From contig NW_003314352.1 of assembly GCF_000143415.4 (NCBI RefSeq), positions 687,282-751,281 on the forward strand: a DNA stretch of 64,000 nt, read 5' to 3'. Below the pieces are notes generated by a model, which searched no databases, was not told the origin of the DNA, and saw nothing but the letters and a program-made list of their open reading frames with translations. The translations under genes and the position numbers were made by a program. Each line of letters opens with the position of its first letter. Positions within the stretch are counted from its first letter, which is position 1. Source of the DNA: Selaginella moellendorffii (taxonomy: Eukaryota; Plantae; Lycopodiophyta). Shown here one piece after another: positions 61,570 to 64,000 of the stretch.

Positions 61570-63655
61570 ATGTCAGAAACAACATTCATGAAGCTACTTA
61601 CTCTCATGCTGCTGCTCGCTTAGACTTACTACAGCAGAGTCCTGGCAGACTTCTTGCGCGGAAGCACTGTCACAACAGGAAGCCCTTGGAGATCACCTGA
61701 AGGAACCTTTGGATTTGGATTCGTAATGCCTGAGTCTTCAAGCACCCGGAACTTCAATCTTGCGATCTGGTATGATATAGATCCGAAGAAGACTGTCGTC
61801 TGGATGGCAATGGAAAACGGGCAGCTGGTCCAGGTGAGTAAAAATGCCAAGCTTGAGGACTTTCCGTCACTGATGGCAGCAGCTCCGCCCCCTTGTGGCA
61901 AACCAATCCCGGACAATGTTGTGCTGAAAGTGCTTCTCTGCTCGAGAACGGAACTTAGTTGTCCTTGGAAAAGACAAGAAAGTTGCATGGCAGAGCTTCG
62001 ACTCTCCAACGAACAACCTTTTGCCCGAGCAGCAGCTCCGCACACAAGGAAATCCGTCCTTGGGATACACGAGGTTGATTTCCCAGTCTGGAGCATACCA
62101 GCTTGTTCTCAACAGTGGTCAGGTACTGCTCAAGAACTTAAAGCTGGAGATCCCGCAAAAGTACTGGTCTATTGCAAATCTGACACTGAACTCCACCATG
62201 ACTTGCCTGGATGACGAAAAAGGCCAGCACGTCTTGAACAACAACGCTTGCCAGCCTGATTGTTCTCTCAAGTTCCCGGTCGTCTTGAACTTGAGCTCTC
62301 AAGGGGTCCTTTCCTTTTAAGACGCAACTGGAAAGAGCTGGGCATCAGGATCAATGAGTTCACAAGACTACGCGCTTGACTATGACGATGGGAATGTGTT
62401 GAGGAGACTTACGCTGGACAACGATGGCAATCTCAGGATCTAGAAGAACAAGAGTGGCTCCTGGAGCATCGTCTGGCAAGCCATCATGCTCGAGTGCGAC
62501 ATCTTTGGAACATGTGGACCTTTCACTCTCTGCACCTACAGGCCCACAAAACTTGCAGCTGTCCTCCTGCTTTCACCGAGTTGATCCNNNNNNNNNNNNN
62601 NNNNNNNNNNNNNNNNNNNNNNNNNNNNNNNNNNNNNNNNNNNNNNNNNNNNNNNNNNNNNNNNNNNNNNNNNNNNNNNNNNNNNNNCTTGTCAAAACTC
62701 CCCAATCTCGGTGAAGCTTGTCCACGTGAATCGAGCAGACTACTACTTCAACGATTACAACTTCGACTTGACCGTCAAGTCTCTCGAAGAGTTAGGTGTA
62801 TAGAGGAGACATGGCCATGAAGAACATCACCACCGTGAACCAGGCCGAGAAGCAATTCAAGGCCGAGGTGAGCACGATTGGAAGAGTACACCATGTCAAC
62901 TTGGTCCGCCTCCTCGGCTACTGTGCCGAGGGAGGCTGCCACCTCCTCGTCTACGAGTTCATGCCAAACGGTTCTCTAGACCACCACCTCTCGGCCTCGT
63001 CCTCATTCGCCGCCTCGCAAGAGATCTTCTCAACCTGGGAGACACGACACTCAATTGCGCTGGGGATTGCCAAGGGATTGACATACCTCCACGAGAAGTG
63101 TGGCGAGCGCATCATCCACTGCGATATCAAGCCACAAAACGTGCTGCTGGACGAGAGCTCCGGCCAAAGGTGTCCGACTTTGGGCTGGCGAGGATGATGA
63201 GAAAAGAATCGATGAGCGTCACCACCACGCAAGGAACCAGGGGATACCTCGCTCCAGAGTGGCTCGAGAGCCAATCCATCACCCCCAAGGCCGATGTCTA
63301 TAGCTTTGGGATGCCCCTGCTGGATATCTTGAGCGGCAAGAGGAAGGCCCTCATGGAGCTGGGCAGCGGAGACAAGGAATGCGAGAATGCGCCACTGCCG
63401 CCGCCTGGCGAGTGGTATTTCCCGATCTACGCCTTCCACAAGTACATGACCTCGGAGCTGGAGAGCATTGCCAATCCAAACCCGGCGAGCAGCGCTCAAG
63501 ATCGCACTGTGGTGCATCCACCAGGATCCAGGATCCAGGCCAGCGATGAGCCGTGTGGTGCAGAGATCCTGGAGGGCAAAGCGGAGGCGCCCGCGCCAGA
63601 CGCTGGCGAGAATGATCTGGCGAGAATGATCTTGGGAATGCGCTTTAACCCTTAG
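61570..63655 (+). pseudogene. G-type lectin S-receptor-like Ser/Thr kinase (SD-2 type, non-RD), disrupted
   Basis: Signal-peptide-like start with a stop; B-lectin SPEGTFGFGF..LAIWY..TVVWMA; SLG LRRLTLDNDGNLRI*; EGF-like CDIFGTCG; kinase QFKAEVSTIGRVHHVNLVRLLGYC, HCDIKPQN, DFGLAR, GTRGYLAPEW; frameshifts; transmembrane segment and Gly-loop not found. Confidence 0.92.
62588..62687. other. Assembly gap (100 N)
   Basis: Run of N. Confidence 1.
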
Positions 63656-64000
63656 TTTTCTTATTTAATATTAATTTTTTGAATGAAATAATTAGATATA
63701 ATAATAAGTAGATTATGATGGTATAATTTATACAATTTTAATTCACCATTGCAATTTATAAAGGGACTATGAGCATTTATTTTGGTGGTATTTCATTCAC
63801 ATCTCAAATAGAACAAAGTAAATGGAATAACATAAAATATAGGTGTTTGTGATCTTTATGTTTTGGCTATCATTTTTTCATTATCTTAGTTTTGGTTAAG
63901 GATATGTGATCTTAAGCCAAACCCAAGCTCAGCTTAGCTCACCCATGAGCCAGCTTGCTATTGCTGGGCTCAATTCTATATTGAAGGTATTAAGCCCTTC

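Overview
Eukaryotic plant DNA. Intronless PPR-DYW, an SD-2 receptor kinase, introns of about 50 nt and a Tcn1-like chromovirus suggest a lycophyte such as Selaginella; this is inferred, not shown. The ends hold a PPR-E-DYW gene tail (1-882) and a pseudogenised G-type lectin S-receptor-like kinase (61570-63655). Between them lie about 58 kb of deeply nested transposons: several Ty3/Gypsy elements, a Copia fragment, a near-intact hAT DNA transposon, 5S-carrying Cassandra TRIMs, solo LTRs with hexamer microsatellites and a U6 snRNA retrocopy. The most notable signal is hidden from the ORF track by stops, frameshifts and short introns. It is a decayed divergent gene pair at about 40.6-51.9 kb. One gene is a spliced, bacterial-type beta-class N6-adenine/N4-cytosine DNA methyltransferase, probably with an N-terminal ParB-like domain. 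The other is a Mutator-type (GCM-like/DDE/SWIM) transposase. A six-unit palindrome array lies between them. Together these make a candidate methyltransferase-carrying DNA transposon. All domain calls come from manual motif reading, not database searches. Two 100-N gaps are present (30350-30449, 62588-62687).
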